The notes beneath the pieces are model-generated. The model made no database searches. It was not told where the DNA came from and saw only the letters and a list, made by a program, of their open reading frames with translations. DNA of 64,000 bases from Octopus vulgaris. Taxonomy: Eukaryota. The stretch spans positions 108,314,001 through 108,378,000 of the forward strand of contig OX597816.1 of the NCBI GenBank assembly GCA_951406725.2. The letters run 5' to 3'. A program made the translations under genes and the position numbers. How positions within the stretch are numbered: position 1 is the stretch's first letter; each line of letters starts with the position of its first letter. Below are positions 27,543-41,773 of the stretch, one piece after another.

Positions 27543-29999
27543 AATATTAGGGAATAAATCCAAACTTACAGGAAAAAATTAGATTTAGGATTAAATCCAA
27601 TTTTATAGTATAAATATATTATATTATATTATATTAAATTAGAGATAAAACCACTATTAGGCAAATCAAACAGTGAAAAACATAAGCCAATACGTAAAAT
27701 TAATTTTAAAATATAAAAGTTAAAAATAAAAAATTATTTAAATAATTTAAACTTATAAATTTTATATATATATATATATATACAAATATATATATATATG
27801 TGTATATAGGTATATTTTTATATTTATATATTATTTTATTTATTAATTAATTAATTTATTTATTTATTTATTTTTTTAAATATCAAAAGTATTAAAAGTT
27901 TAATAAAAGATAAAGAGTAAAACACTACGATCGTTTCATGGCTGTACCAATTCGAATAACAATAAGTTTAATTCAATTAATAATTCGAGTTATGGTTACA
28001 GTCAATCTTCATTTAATTGAAATATTTAAAAAATAATCAGAAATATTTAAACAATATTTTAAAGATATAAATAATATAATAATTTTATTTATAATAAACT
28101 CTATTATCAAACTAGAAACTTAAAACTTAACAATTATAATTATATCAAAATCGATTATAATGTTAAATATTAATTTTAATTTATTAGGTAAGAAACCCAC
28201 CAATAATCTAATATCGGTAATAGTCTATATCTAATTACATAAATATTTTTTTTAAATGGCTATTATATATAAATTATCAATGAAAATATATAAATGTATA
28301 TAAATATTATAATTAAGATCTAAAATAATCTCTATAAATAAATATATATGCACATATAATAAAGACCTAATAAATTAATTTTTCATATTTAAAGATGAAA
28401 TAGCTAATTTCAAAAATACAAACAAACAAACTTAAACGAACTTTCGGAAATCTTATTTAAAATACTTACAGAAATAATCAATTCGTAGTTATATAGTATC
28501 GAATAAATACTATAAATACTATAAATATAATTATCAATGGAATAACTAGCGAATATCAATTTAAAAAGACAGTAACTAAGTTATGCTATTAAGTTAGACA
28601 TGCCTGGACCAATCTTTAGTCAAAACATATCTAAGTTTATCAAAGTTTATCTAATTTTAATTATAAGAACTCTATATTCAATAAACCATTAAATATTTAT
28701 TAAAAAATATATTTAGTAATAAAATATTTAGTAATAAAATAAACAACTATATATAAACTAACTATAATTAAAAACAGAACCTAAATAACTAAAATAAACT
28801 AATATAATAATTACTACAAATCACCTGCTATATTTAGAATACTATTACATAAATCAACAAATAAGGAGCTAATTAAGGCTAAGAAATATTCATTATTTAT
28901 CAAGAAATTTATTATATAAGTAAAGTAACTTGTGTCTGCATTTTATTTTGCGCTCATCCCAGGTATTCACTAAATTATCATGCTTATAAAATAAAATTTC
29001 TTTAAACTCATTTGAACATAAATAAAAATTCCCTCCTATACTATATGATTTAGCCTTACTAATTATTTCCCATGATAAATCATAATTAATATTTTGAGAT
29101 TTAAGTCCCCAAATGTACTTGCTAAGTCCAGTGGAGTTAATTAAGTTTTTATTTTTAAATGAATGCATATGCTGTGCGATTCTTAATTTTATTTTAGAGG
29201 AAGTGGACCCTATATATATATATCGCGTTTGAGTTATTATCATTATTATTATTCTCATCATGTAATGTAACACTACATTTATACACTACATCGTTAATAT
29301 CACATTTATTATTTAAGTTGCATTTAGTTTTATCTCTACATGTACAGTTAATTAGTGTCTTATCTTTTTTATTATTGGTATTATTATATAATTTTTTTTT
29401 CATAAAAATTATTCAGTTTAAATTTGTTAAAAGAAGAAATAATGTTACCTACACTATTAGTGGTAGAATAACCTACTCCAAAATTATTACTAGAGAAAAT
29501 GTTTTTATATTTACGATTATCTCGAATAAATAGTTCAATAATATCTAAAATCTCTATAATGATGTTCGTTTTAACTTGAGCACCATAAGGAACTATTAAC
29601 CAACTTTTATTCTTATTTTTCTTATTATTATTATTAAAACTATCATTATTATTATTACCATTATTATTATTATATTTCTTTATCATATTACTATTATTAT
29701 TATTAGATTTAAATTTATAATTAACATTTAAAGAATTATTAAAGTTATTATTTTTATTTTTACTCTTATTTTTATTTATATTATTTTTATTTTTATAATT
29801 TCTAAGATTATTACCAATATTACTAACAAAATTATTATAATTATTATTAATATTTTTATCTCTATTATTAATAGTTTTATCTTTATTTTTAATAAAAAAT
29901 TTAATATTACTATTATAACCTGCCTCTCTAAGGGCCTCATTGTAATAAGGAGCATGTTTATTAAAAATCTCTAATGCCTAATAGTGGTTTTATCTCTAA

Positions 30000-30003
<4 letters not shown>
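27543..30003 (-). mobile_element. 5'-truncated Penelope-like retroelement (RT thumb, Asn-rich linker, GIY-YIG, pLTR, 5' inverted arm)
   Basis: APYYNEALREAGY; CTCRDKTKCNLNNKC..VVYKC; YIGSTSSKIKLRIAQH..LSKYIW; 29974-30003 inverts 27634-27663; (TA)n flanks. Confidence 0.9.
27921..28012 (-). ncRNA. Degenerate HHR with long stem II
   Basis: reverse complement: AUGAAGA-uugacuguaacca...ugguacagccau-GAAAC-GAUC-GUA; first core C replaced by A, stem I not evident. Confidence 0.5.
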
Positions 30004-30072
<69 letters not shown>

Positions 30073-30126
30073 ACTATGCATATACATATACAAATATGTG
30101 TTTGTATGCATATATACAAATGTGTT

Positions 30127-30509
30127 AGGCAACAGGAGTGGCTTGCTTACCAACCACATGGTTACGGGTTCAGTTCCACTCCGTGGCACCTTGGACAAGT
30201 GTCTTTTACTATAGCCTCGGGCCGAGCAAAGCCTTGCGGGCGGATTTGGTAGACAGAAACTGAAAGAAGTCCGTCGTATATATGTATATTATGTGTGTGT
30301 ATGTTTGTATGTTTGTATTTGTCCCCCAAAATCGTTTGACAACCGATGCATGTGTTTACGTCCCCGTAACTTAGTGGTTCGGCAAAACAACCGATAGAAT
30401 AACTTGTAGGCTTACAAATAATAAGTCCTGTAGTCGATTTGCTCGCCTAAAAGGCGGTGCTCCAGTATGACTGCAGTCAAATGACTGAAACAAAGAAAGA
30501 ATAAAAGAA
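30127..30509 (+). mobile_element. Same SINE family copy
   Basis: same head, CORE-like segment and tail as 53863-54262. Confidence 0.85.
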
Positions 30510-31107
30510 TATGTGTGAAGACACAAATACGTACGTGCACCCAACACAGACACGCATACAACCATACAGATATATGCACTTAAGTATGTATTTATATATA
30601 TATGTGAGTGTGTGTGTGTGTTTGTGTGTGTGTTTGTGTGTGTGATTGCAAATGTATACATGTGTTGGGGGACTGACATACATACATGCATCCATACATA
30701 TATATATAAATATATACACATATATATATGTATGTATATATGTGTGTGTATATATATATGTATATATATATACATACATATATATATACATATGCATATA
30801 TATATACATGTGTATATATATATATATTTACATATATATATTTATATATACATACATACGTACATATATATATATGCATACGTACATATATATATATACG
30901 TATATATATATACATGTGTATGAATATATATGTGTGTGCTATATATATGTGTGTACTACATATATATATATATATATATATATGTATGCATGTATTTACT
31001 ATATATATAGTCTCTCTCTCTCTCTTTATACATATATATGTGTGAGTGTGTGTGTGTATGTATGTAAGTACTATATATATATATATATATGTACCATATA
31101 TACATAG

Positions 31108-31166
<59 letters not shown>

Positions 31167-31501
31167 TGTCTATGATAATTCTTTCAATCCGACTTGCATG
31201 ATAGTATTTCGATAGTATTTTCGTAGATAACTTTCTTAGTTAACTTTCTTAGTTAATTAAAGATGTAGGCGAATAGTGTATGTTCCATAATCTTAAATGT
31301 AAAGCAAGGTATATCTAAGAGAAGTAATAAAAAATTTAGCCATACTCTAATGTGTAATCTCATGAGCGTGAATACATGATAACAAATTATTTTTTTTTAG
31401 TTTTCTATGGACAAGAAAAGTAGAGGAACTGGCCTTATCGACTTCTACTCTAAATAGTCTTTTCTCCCCACACCATCTTTATAGTTAAGATATATATCGA
31501 A

Positions 31502-31535
<34 letters not shown>

Positions 31536-31541
31536 TAAAAC

Positions 31542-31660
<119 letters not shown>

Positions 31661-32269
31661 TCTGTTGTCACTATATGTCATGACTTGGTTATATTAGTTT
31701 TTTACGATCAGCATAATAATGCTTTCGTTGGCAATGTAATCGATCAATCAAGTACTAAGTTCTGATCGTGGCATCATTTAAAATGCATAGTAGGGACTAT
31801 TTGATGATAATCAATATAAATTTCAGTCAGTTTAACAGATCTTAAAATGCTACTACAATGCAACACATCAATTACAGTCAAAAGTTCTGCAACAAAGGAA
31901 AAAGTCATTTGTTTATATTAAATGACATTTTTCAGATTAGTTTTTACCGCGATGCTTGTTAGATGGATGATAGAACCACTCCTGCAATCCACCAATGACA
32001 TACAATTGTCGCATAATCAGCCTGCAGGCAGTAACAAAATACTTTCACAGTCAACATTTTTGTCAGCTTTAATAGGGTAGATGTGTAACTGTGCACCTAT
32101 TTCGTGATTCACCTACCATGTAATAGATCTCTTTCCTCTTGCAGCCAAATACTGTACATTAACTGAACAGTTCTGTTAAAAAACAAATACATGCTTCTTG
32201 CGTTAAAAAATACCTCGAGAAATGTCATATACTGTGTATCATAGTCACCATGAAAAGATTGATATAGAT

Positions 32270-32790
32270 AAAGCTTTCCTTAGATTAATAGGTAAACACT
32301 TTAATACTAGATACAGAAAATTGTTTAGATAGAAATAATGTTATGTTTACGATTAGTTGTGCAACCAATATGAAGCAGATTACATCTTATAGTTTAACTC
32401 TACCCACTAAGGCTGTATATTCATGCAGAGACATTACCACTCGTCCACTCAATAGATCCTGCAATACAGAGGCTATCATCTATGAAGCAGGTATCAAGTC
32501 TTTTAACCCAGTCCCATTACTCCAACCTGAAGCGCTACATCTGTGTGATGAAAGCTCATTCAACAAAAACTTTGTAAACCACACCTCCCCATTTATTTAC
32601 ATTGGTAACTTAATGCAAGAGATTTGAAATTATGTTGAGTTGTTGAAAGTCGAAAGCGGCATACTATATCAGCTAAAATATAGTGATTGATAAGCATTCT
32701 GATGAAGAGAAAAAAGTGTGAGGACCGCCCAATAATTCTAATTAATAAAGCTGTTCTGTTTTGAACGAAAAAAGAATAGTACCGCTTACA
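32270..32790 (+). mobile_element. Highly decayed Penelope-like fragment
   Basis: FLRLIGKHF..YRKLF..ISCATNMKQI..SCRDITTRPLNRSCNTEAIIYEA resembles the PLE thumb / pre-GIY-YIG region. Confidence 0.55.
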
Positions 32791-33149
32791 TGCAATATAA
32801 GTCACTTAACTTTATTCATCACTCGTATCAGCTGGAACAACCGGACTTTGTAAAAGTTCCTTTCAATTTTTGAATGGAATAGTACGGAAGAAGGGACAGT
32901 AGCCATGGATTTCACAAAGCTTCTGAGAACAATGATGGTAACGTGTCTCTTGGAGAGTTGTAAGAAGACAGCTGCGAGAAAAAAAACTATTCCAGAAAAC
33001 CGACATTCCTGGGAGTCATAGATGGACGAAGTGGATGGACACAATATGGGTGAAGAAAGAAGAAAGAGATGTAAATCGGGAGTTCCTGGTTAAATGTTAC
33101 ACGCGATCAGACGGCTCCGAGTAGCAGAAACCGGTATTAGAGGTTAATT

Positions 33150-34400
33150 ATGTAAGGGTTATTTCTGGACACTTAATTAGCAATACCTTACTCCCTTCAT
33201 GTCACTTAAAAGATAATGATTTTCCTTTCAGAACAGCACCCATCCACCCATTGTGGCTAAAATGCTAACCCAATGGAAAGATACGCAGTCAATGTTTGCT
33301 ATGTGTACGGAACATGATGATTTAGAAATTGCCAACTTTCTAAATGTTACAGCGTCTTTTGTACATAAAACTTGTGTGGACTTGGAAGCCTCTGGTATCG
33401 ATGTTTCAAATGTATCAAAGAGAAGAAAACATTCTAAACTTTCGGTCACGAAAATAATATCGTAATTTAGCCAGTGGGTTCAAATGATTATCGATGATGA
33501 TCCCGGAAAATCAATGGGGTCTGTCACCAAAGAACTTCAAGTGTCAGAGTGAACTATTAGAAATGTGGAGTAGAGAGTCATTCACATACAAGTAGGATGT
33601 ACTGGGAAGACGCCAGCTCATATCTGAAAACTGTTTGATCTGTGCCAAGCGGTTACTTAAGTTTAACATCACTGACGAACATAGCATGCTTTGGTTCTCC
33701 TCTGATGAGAAAAATTCAGCCAATACCAAATGTCTAAGAGGATAAATGATCGATGGCTGTAAACACGGTTTCTCTGATGTCCCCTGAGTGATACTCACTA
33801 AATCTTCAGCAACTGTGGTAGTTAAATATTTGTTGAGCAATGAGGGTCATCTCAAGCCATTTCACAGCTTTCCACGGGGTCTTCAAATTAATGCTGCTGA
33901 ATACGTTGGGGTGCTGGAAATTGTTGTCAAGCCCTGGGTAGATAAAGTAAGCAGTAGAATGCCATGTGTGTTTCATCATGACAAAGTATTTCTCACTAAG
34001 CCAACGTAACACAAGGATGGATATCAGACAATCTTTACAATTATGTAATACCAAAGATGTGACCCCCGAAACATGCTATATTTTAATCCCATAGACTACT
34101 ACGTTTGAAATGTTGTGCAAAGTGGAGATTGATAGCGTGCTCACAGTAACATAGCTTCACTGAAGACCATAATTGTCCTGATGATGTCCAAAATTAATAA
34201 AGACCATTAAGTGTAGGCATGTCAGCGATTCCGATCTCTCATTGAAGTAGTCATCGAAGGCAGATTCACAGGATAATCTTACAAGAAAGATTATCGAGAA
34301 CATTTATACAAATTCATATTAAAATACATTTGGTTTTTCGTAGATTAGAGCAGATTTATTAAATTGCCAAGTATGTCTTCAAATACCTCTCACATCCTAT
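33150..34400 (+). mobile_element. Decayed IS630-Tc1-mariner transposon (DD37D/maT-like)
   Basis: EIANFLNV HTH, WFSSDEKN, INAAEYVGVLEIVVKPW, FNPIDYYV; many stops and frameshifts; TIRs only weakly recognisable. Confidence 0.7.
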
Positions 34401-35354
34401 AGTTGAGGTAGAAAATATGAAAAGAGAGAAGACAACCTGTTTGTGAGTTACAGGCTGAGCGTTCCAGGTAATTGCAGAATTCCAACGAGGATCTTGTTTT
34501 GCAGCAATATTAAAACAAACTAGGTTGAAATGATGTTCTTAGATAGATAGAATGATTAGCTTTGTATCTTACATGGTTGTCGAGATATAATCTCAAAGAT
34601 TTAAAAAGAAGATTCATTTACGTACAATTAGTTGGAAAAGAAGTTTGAGAAATGAAGCACTTCTTTATTTCTAGCAAAGATATTTATTTTCTTTTTTTTT
34701 ATCTTTTGTGTAATACGTATTGCCAAATGAATGGGAAGAAGTAACTACAATTCAAAACACATACTCATACGCACGCATACACATACACATATATACATAC
34801 ATACAAATTTAATCAAGAAACTTAAAACTGCAACAAATTGTGAGATTTGCTTTGATCTAATCGGCTTATTGTCGTTACAAAATCGATCTGTAAAAAGATG
34901 TTGTAGCTACCACCCAAATTATGGCCATTTGTTTGCCAATTCCAAACAATACTGCTTTCATGTTATACTCAACTGTGTCAGATACAATGGGAAAAGCGAT
35001 TCTTTCAGTTGTTAAAAGGATCTGTGCAAATTCTTTATAATCTATCAAAAAGGGGAGATAATTTTAAAACGAACTATAAAAGTAAATATAAATTCGTTCC
35101 CTAGATGTATGCGTGTATGCATATACGTGTATCATAACTATGAGACTAGAGATAACTTTCAATTTTTACGAATGCTTAACAATACACACATATAATATAC
35201 AAATGATTATATTTAATAAACTATAAATGCATATATATATATATGCACGTACATACACATGCACATATACTCATATATATATACATACATACATACATGC
35301 AGACGTGTGTATGTGTGTGTGTGTGTGCGTGCGTGCGTGTAAATGAGTTTTCTC

Positions 35355-35742
35355 GATTATGCTCAAAGTAGCTTCGACAATCACACGTGCCATCCTTGCT
35401 ACATTCACCCATCGTTTTTTGAAACATTCACTAGACAAAACTTCCCTCTCTACTTTCACCTTCCTCTTCAAGCGATACTTGGAGAAGTTGATGAGAGATT
35501 GACCAGAGAGGAAAGTGTTTATCTCTAGACCTTTCAGACGCGTCCACCATACACATTCTTTCGCTATAGCCACAAGTACGATGAAAATGGCTCTTCCCGT
35601 TTCAAGGAAGGAGGCGTGACAATATTCACGATAGATTCGGCTGATAGACTTATTTATCCCACACGTGATAGCAGTCGTTCGATATAGGCCCACAGGTCAG
35701 AAACGGTTGAACACTGTACGAGTGCGTTGAGAAAGGTTTCGT
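35355..35742 (-). mobile_element. Degraded second copy of the same Tx1-like LINE (ORF2 3' end)
   Basis: AKECVWWTRLKGLE...FKKRWVNVARMAR nearly matches the C-terminus of ORF 11794-12975; frameshifted. Confidence 0.88.
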
Positions 35743-35934
35743 AATTTTTTTTTTTTTTTTTGCTAAAATAAACAAATCTATCCACTCTTCCTAATGTACT
35801 GAGTTCTATATCACAAAATGCATGCATCAAATATAAGACTGGGTCCTCCCGCATGGCCGCAGTCAAATGACTGCAAAGAGTTTTAAAAAAATAAAAAAGA
35901 ATATTATTACAAACCCTGCATTATCTGGGTGCGT

Positions 35935-35978
<44 letters not shown>

Positions 35979-36455
35979 ACGACTGTTCATCTATCTCCCT
36001 TCTCTTTCTCCCTCTCTGTTTCCCTCCTCTCTTGATGTGTTGATCCAGCGTGGATTCTGCATTAGTACTGCTAGAAGGAAAATCCAAAGCTCTCAAGACT
36101 GAAACACAAGCACAGAATATTAACTAAAAGGTGTTGTGGGGAAGAGAAGATTAGTTTTATGTTGCGAGTAATTCGTCAAAAAATAGAAAGAGCAGCAGCA
36201 GGATGGACTTTATTTAGTCCTTGTAATTTACACGTAGCTATGGCCATTGCCGATAGAAGTATAGCAATGTATATGTATGTATATGTATGGGAGAAGCTAA
36301 TGTATATGCATATATGCATATGTACTTACTAGAACTAGGTACTGCATATATGCATGTATAAAAACAAATGAAGACAACATATATACGCCTATATCAAATC
36401 CCAAAGGTGATGGTGCAACTATATTCAATCATTCTTACATATACACACAACCATT

Positions 36456-36528
<73 letters not shown>

Positions 36529-36529
36529 C

Positions 36530-36900
36530 ATCGGAGCGCAGGACCTGGCACCAATCCTGCTTCCCCTCAGTTCAAAGATTTGAGCAAAGTCGACTCTTGC
36601 ATCGGGACCAACTTCGTGCAAGCACGAAGACACACTGACAAAAGTTTGCTCTGCTAAATGGAAACCTTACCTGTGATAGTGGTTTTGGGCACGAAGCAAA
36701 TCAGGTCTTGCCGTCCACCCAAGAAAACACATAGTAAATGATCAACAAATACTCAAGAAAACTGAGTCCTCGGCCTGTTAGATTTACCAAAAGGCTTGCA
36801 AGGCACCAGCAGGCCTCAGGGGACACATTAGTGTCTAGAGAACATGATTAACACTTTATTTTACTGAGACCTCATTTGTCGTTCGCAACAAGGGAATCCA
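36530..36900 (-). mobile_element. Possible R2-like RLE retrotransposon fragment
   Basis: remnants resembling a CCHC knuckle (..NHVL..CP) and a PD-like motif (RPDL); very decayed. Confidence 0.35.
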
Positions 36901-36914
36901 TCATACACACATAA

Positions 36915-37000
<86 letters not shown>

Positions 37001-37020
37001 CAAAATAAGCAAGATGTCAA

Positions 37021-37061
<41 letters not shown>

Positions 37062-37067
<6 letters not shown>

Positions 37068-37268
37068 ATAGAAGGAGCTTCTACAGGACTAGAACTGTTT
37101 CATTCAAAAGAAATCATCAGGAAGCTCATCAGCTTCCTGATGATTTCTTTTGAATGAAACAGTTTTAGTCTTGTAGAAGCTCCTTCTATAAAATAAATTA
37201 ATTTACTCTGCTATGTATTGAGTACCTTATTTACTGTGGTTAACCCCGACTCAACCCGGGACCTACAT
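37062..37268 (+). mobile_element. PLE pLTR fragment with 65-bp fold-back and HHR-like core
   Basis: arms 37062-37126 / 37131-37195, loop catc; CUGAUGA-uuuc(uuuu)gaau-GAAACAGUU at 37137-37164; (TA)n flanks. Confidence 0.7.
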
Positions 37269-38709
37269 ATATAAATATATACGGTTAAGTAATTGAGATT
37301 CTAGTGAATTCTAAAGAATTCACATGAATATGGTCCTTAACTAGGATGCACATATATATATATATGTGGAGGTGCATAGCTTAGTAGTTATGATCATAAG
37401 ATTGTGGTTTCGATTCCTGAAGTAAAACACTTCATTTCCCATTGCTCCCATCCTGTTGGCAAAAATGAGTAATCCTGCGACAGACGCCACAGAAACATAA
37501 TTGATGATTCCGTATGTGATATGGCATAAGTTGAGACCCTCGTTAACAGGCTGCTTGTATGTGTAACCTTTACTACTCAGGTTACGTCTTTTAACATGGA
37601 AGGTATAAGTTGCGACGTTGCTCTGATGTAGTGGTTACTTCAGTTATACTCTTTACAGCAGACGCGGTGTCCGAATCCCACAGGCAATGTTACAGCTTCT
37701 GTTTTATGCAAAGCAAATGCATGAAATTTTGCTTAGCCCTAGACATTTCCAGAACACACCGACCTATGATGATCAAAGGGCTGGTATTAACTGGTCTTTT
37801 ACTTCGTGCATTGGGTATATACTCGTATGACTACATTATTTACTGTCTCTTGCTTCTAAGATATTTGAAACACTGCTTGCTGCTACTTCAAGTTTAAAAA
37901 ACTACGCAGAGGTTAGTCCTAAGTTAACTAATATTATTGTATGGCAATGCAGAGTAAAAACGTAGAAGTGAAAGTAAACGAGACAGGTTAATTGCAATAT
38001 ATTAGTTAATGTTGTTGCTCACGATTTTGCATTAACATTCGGCTGAGATTGTCTTTATTATTACTGTCTGTGGAATCGATAAACGTGCCATGCAATGGAA
38101 TCTATTAAATCATAAATAATCAGCAAATTTTTTATGGTATAGTATGCTACTGGTCGAAATATTTTACTGCGTTTTTAGGCAAGATGGAATAGTAACCACA
38201 CTTCTAACCACGTCAAAGCCTACCATCTTGAATAAAGAAGGATGCAATCGATTGTCAGCCTAAATACTTTCTGTTTAACAATAGACAAGATGGTAATGAC
38301 TACAACATCATTATTCATAGATCTGCTCATTTAGAGTTGATCTGACCGTCTACTACAAAACTACTATGTTTATTCTATGCAATTCTAAGTCTCAAACCTG
38401 TCGCTTTGCAAGTTTATATGGTTTTGTATGGATACTCTTATACACTTTTACTCTTTTATCTGCTTCAGCCATTGGACTGCGACCATACTGGAGTACAACC
38501 TTGTAGGCTTAATCGAACGAATCGCTCATAGAACTTAATTTAACTTCTGTTGCTCATCCCATCATTATCGTCTCTTTCGTCTTTTTAGCCGATCCTCGAA
38601 TTTACAGGGCATGGATAAACGAACCCGGTTATCGAGCGGTGGGAAGACAAATAGACAAGCACAAAGACACACACATACGCACACACACACACACACACAT
38701 ACACACACT

Positions 38710-38774
<65 letters not shown>

Positions 38775-41384
38775 GCGCGCGCACACACGCATACAGATAT
38801 ATATATATATATAAAGAGCGATAGAGAGAGAGAGAGAGAGAGAGAAACAGACAGACAGACAGACAGACACAATGATGAACCTAAAACATATATTGGGGTA
38901 ACGGAAATCATACCATTATCAGAAGCATTAACATTCATTTGTCAGTCTCGAAGAAAATGTGCTACGGTTTTGTCGAAGTTTTTATGGTTCTTGCATAAGA
39001 CAAGTCCTCCAGCCATACAGGAACTAAAGCTTCAAGTTCAAAATGCGGTGTGATCTTTGTCTGAATAAAAAAACTGAGTATTGTGACTTAAAGCACCAAT
39101 AGTTTGAACAAAAAAAATAGTCTGTTAACGCCTTGCATGCATGCGGCTAAGAATCTTTTATGCAAATACAAGCCTCCTCGAAATTCGTTCGGCATCAGAA
39201 AAAAAAAGACGTTGATATTCGAAAGCTTTAATTAATAAGTTTTAGTGATATGTATTTTAATATGTGTGGATGCGTATTTGTGTGTGAGTATATATATATA
39301 TATATATATATAGTGTATGTGTATACAAGTATGTATACATGTATACATGAATATATAATTTTGTGTATATATGTGTGTCTATGAGTGCATATATGTGTAT
39401 ACGTATGCGTCTGCACAGTCGCATGCAAAATGATCACCTGCACACTCACATTGTTTTAAAAACATTAATTAAAAATATTACTTAAAAGTATTATTTTGGC
39501 ACATTTCTTAAGCAACAACATAGTTTCGTGCCTTCGACTGTATGGAATTTGTGACGTTTATAATAATATTACCACGAGAACCAGAAATAAAATCAAAATC
39601 CTGAGCGCAGCCGTTTTCGAGCATGACGTTCACAAAGGTTTTTAAATTAAGGGATCATAAGTATTAGTGTCTATTTCAAGCTTTCGATCATATTTCAAAA
39701 CATTTTAGGACAGTCGATATTCAAAAGAAAACCAGGCTCAGTTTACCAGCTGTTGATCGGAAACAAGCTATTCTGAGTACGGGAAATTGAAGCCTTTTAA
39801 TTATAATGTATTAAAGAATACTCAACATTTGTACTGAGTCCAGTAATTTATTGCTTCTGATGAATCAGAGATTTTATGTGTGTGTGTGTGCGCGCGATAA
39901 GCTTCTACTCAGTTTCTGTCTACTAAATTAACTCATCACACTGGTCAGCCCAGAGTTATAGTAAAAGAAACTTGTTGCTCACGATGTCTTGCGATGGACT
40001 GAACCCGCAACTGCGTGGTTGCAAAGCGTACTTCGTAAACACATTGCCTTGCCAATGCATTAGTGATGCAATGTTTTCTTTCGATTAATCACACTTCATA
40101 TTTTCAGGAGTTGACCTTAATTCTAGTCGTGAGTATTAAGCATAGTGCAATGGTCAGTTTAGAATTGATGGGAAGATTTACATTGATTTATTTTACATCT
40201 AATTTATATACTAGTGATAGTTTCAGAAGGAGTAACTGCGAGTGAAAGAAAATTTGATTTTTTGATCATTGAAATGTTAGGCAGGATTAAGTATATGTGG
40301 TGGTGGAAAATGATAATGTTGAAAAATTATGAGTATTATTGCTTCTCATTTTCAGTAAGTATGGGAAACATCTACGGACATGTTTTAGCGATGTGGGGTG
40401 TTTTTAACTGATGTATCATACTCCTGTAACATATTTGAGTACTCGTGAAAGAATCACTAAATAATAATACAGAGATATATATCTGCTGGTGTTTGGAAAG
40501 AGAATTGTTTAAAACTGAAAAACTTATGTATTTATGCGACACTATCCGCATCATGTATAATAATAAAGTGGGTGAGAGCCTGCTTACTGCTTCGGACATT
40601 AAAACTATAAAGCAAAATCAAATATGCGACGAGATGAATAAGTTTGACAAGTATTCTTTTTTTTCGTAGTACGTGCGACAATTCTTGAACATGTTTTAGC
40701 TATTTTGGACCTCCTCGACCGAGAGATAAAAGAAGTTAGAACATGATCAAAATTAGGTTCAAATGAAAAATGATATTAGGAAATTACTAATAATATTTTT
40801 TCATATTTTCGCTATCCTGGATATTCTCAGTTGACTTATAAAAGAAAAACTCAAGTAGAATCAATTAAGTGGGAAGTAAAAAAAATAATACTTACTCATT
40901 TACTAATAATTTTTTATAGCTTTGGGACAATTCTGGGCTGGTTTCAACATTTTTTTAAACCTCAGATGATATATTTTAAAAAACAAGAATGCCGAATAAG
41001 TATTTCTTGAGCAAAAATTGCTAGATGTTTGCTAATTACATTTTTATAGTCTAAAGATAATTCTCAACATGTTTCAAAACATTTTTATAACCTGAGCTGA
41101 TATATTAAAAAATCAAAAGTAGGAACAAATATCTGGGGACCATACTACGTGACATAGTACCGGGCACATTTTAGTAATTCTCGGCAGCCTTAGCTGAAAT
41201 ATAAATAAACTGAGCGGTGTGGAAAACAAAACGCGTCCAAAATTCATATTCTTTCATTTGTATGTATCAAATAGAGAAGGCAGTCCTAGACGGTATACCA
41301 AGCATTAGAATTATGCATTACCTAACGTTATCAGTCACAGAGTATATTGTAAATTTAATACTTTTCACTTTCCTATCTTTTCAG

Positions 41385-41494
41385 TCTTGGAAAGATGAAA
41401 AACTAATCTGGGATCCAGCTGATTACAACAATTTATCAGTATTGCGTATTCCGTGCAATAAATTATGGCTTCCCGATATTGTTCTTTATAACAG
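41385..41494 (+). CDS. nAChR alpha subunit, 110-nt exon ([11 protein letters not shown]...WLPDIVLYN; loop A)
   Basis: ttttcag|TCTTGG...AACAG|gtaagt; WxPDIVLYN motif; ends in phase 2, compatible with the next exon (AG+T=Ser). Confidence 0.96.
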
Positions 41495-41707
41495 GTAAGT
41501 GCTTATTTCATTTTACTTGAAACAAGTTTTATGATTGCTAATATATAGTTTCTTTCTTCATCTTTTGTGCAGAAAACGGAATTAAGGAAATATGGGTATG
41601 AACATGCATACATGCATATGTATGTGTGCATGTGTGTGAGTGTATGCCTACATACATACATACATACATACATACATACATACATAAATGCTAAGCCTAA
41701 GCGAAAT

Positions 41708-41769
<62 letters not shown>

Positions 41770-41773
<4 letters not shown>

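Noticed and set aside
40150-41170. Possible DNA-transposon relic with short direct repeats (40942/41072)
   Set aside because: No TIR pair or protein motif that could be supported.
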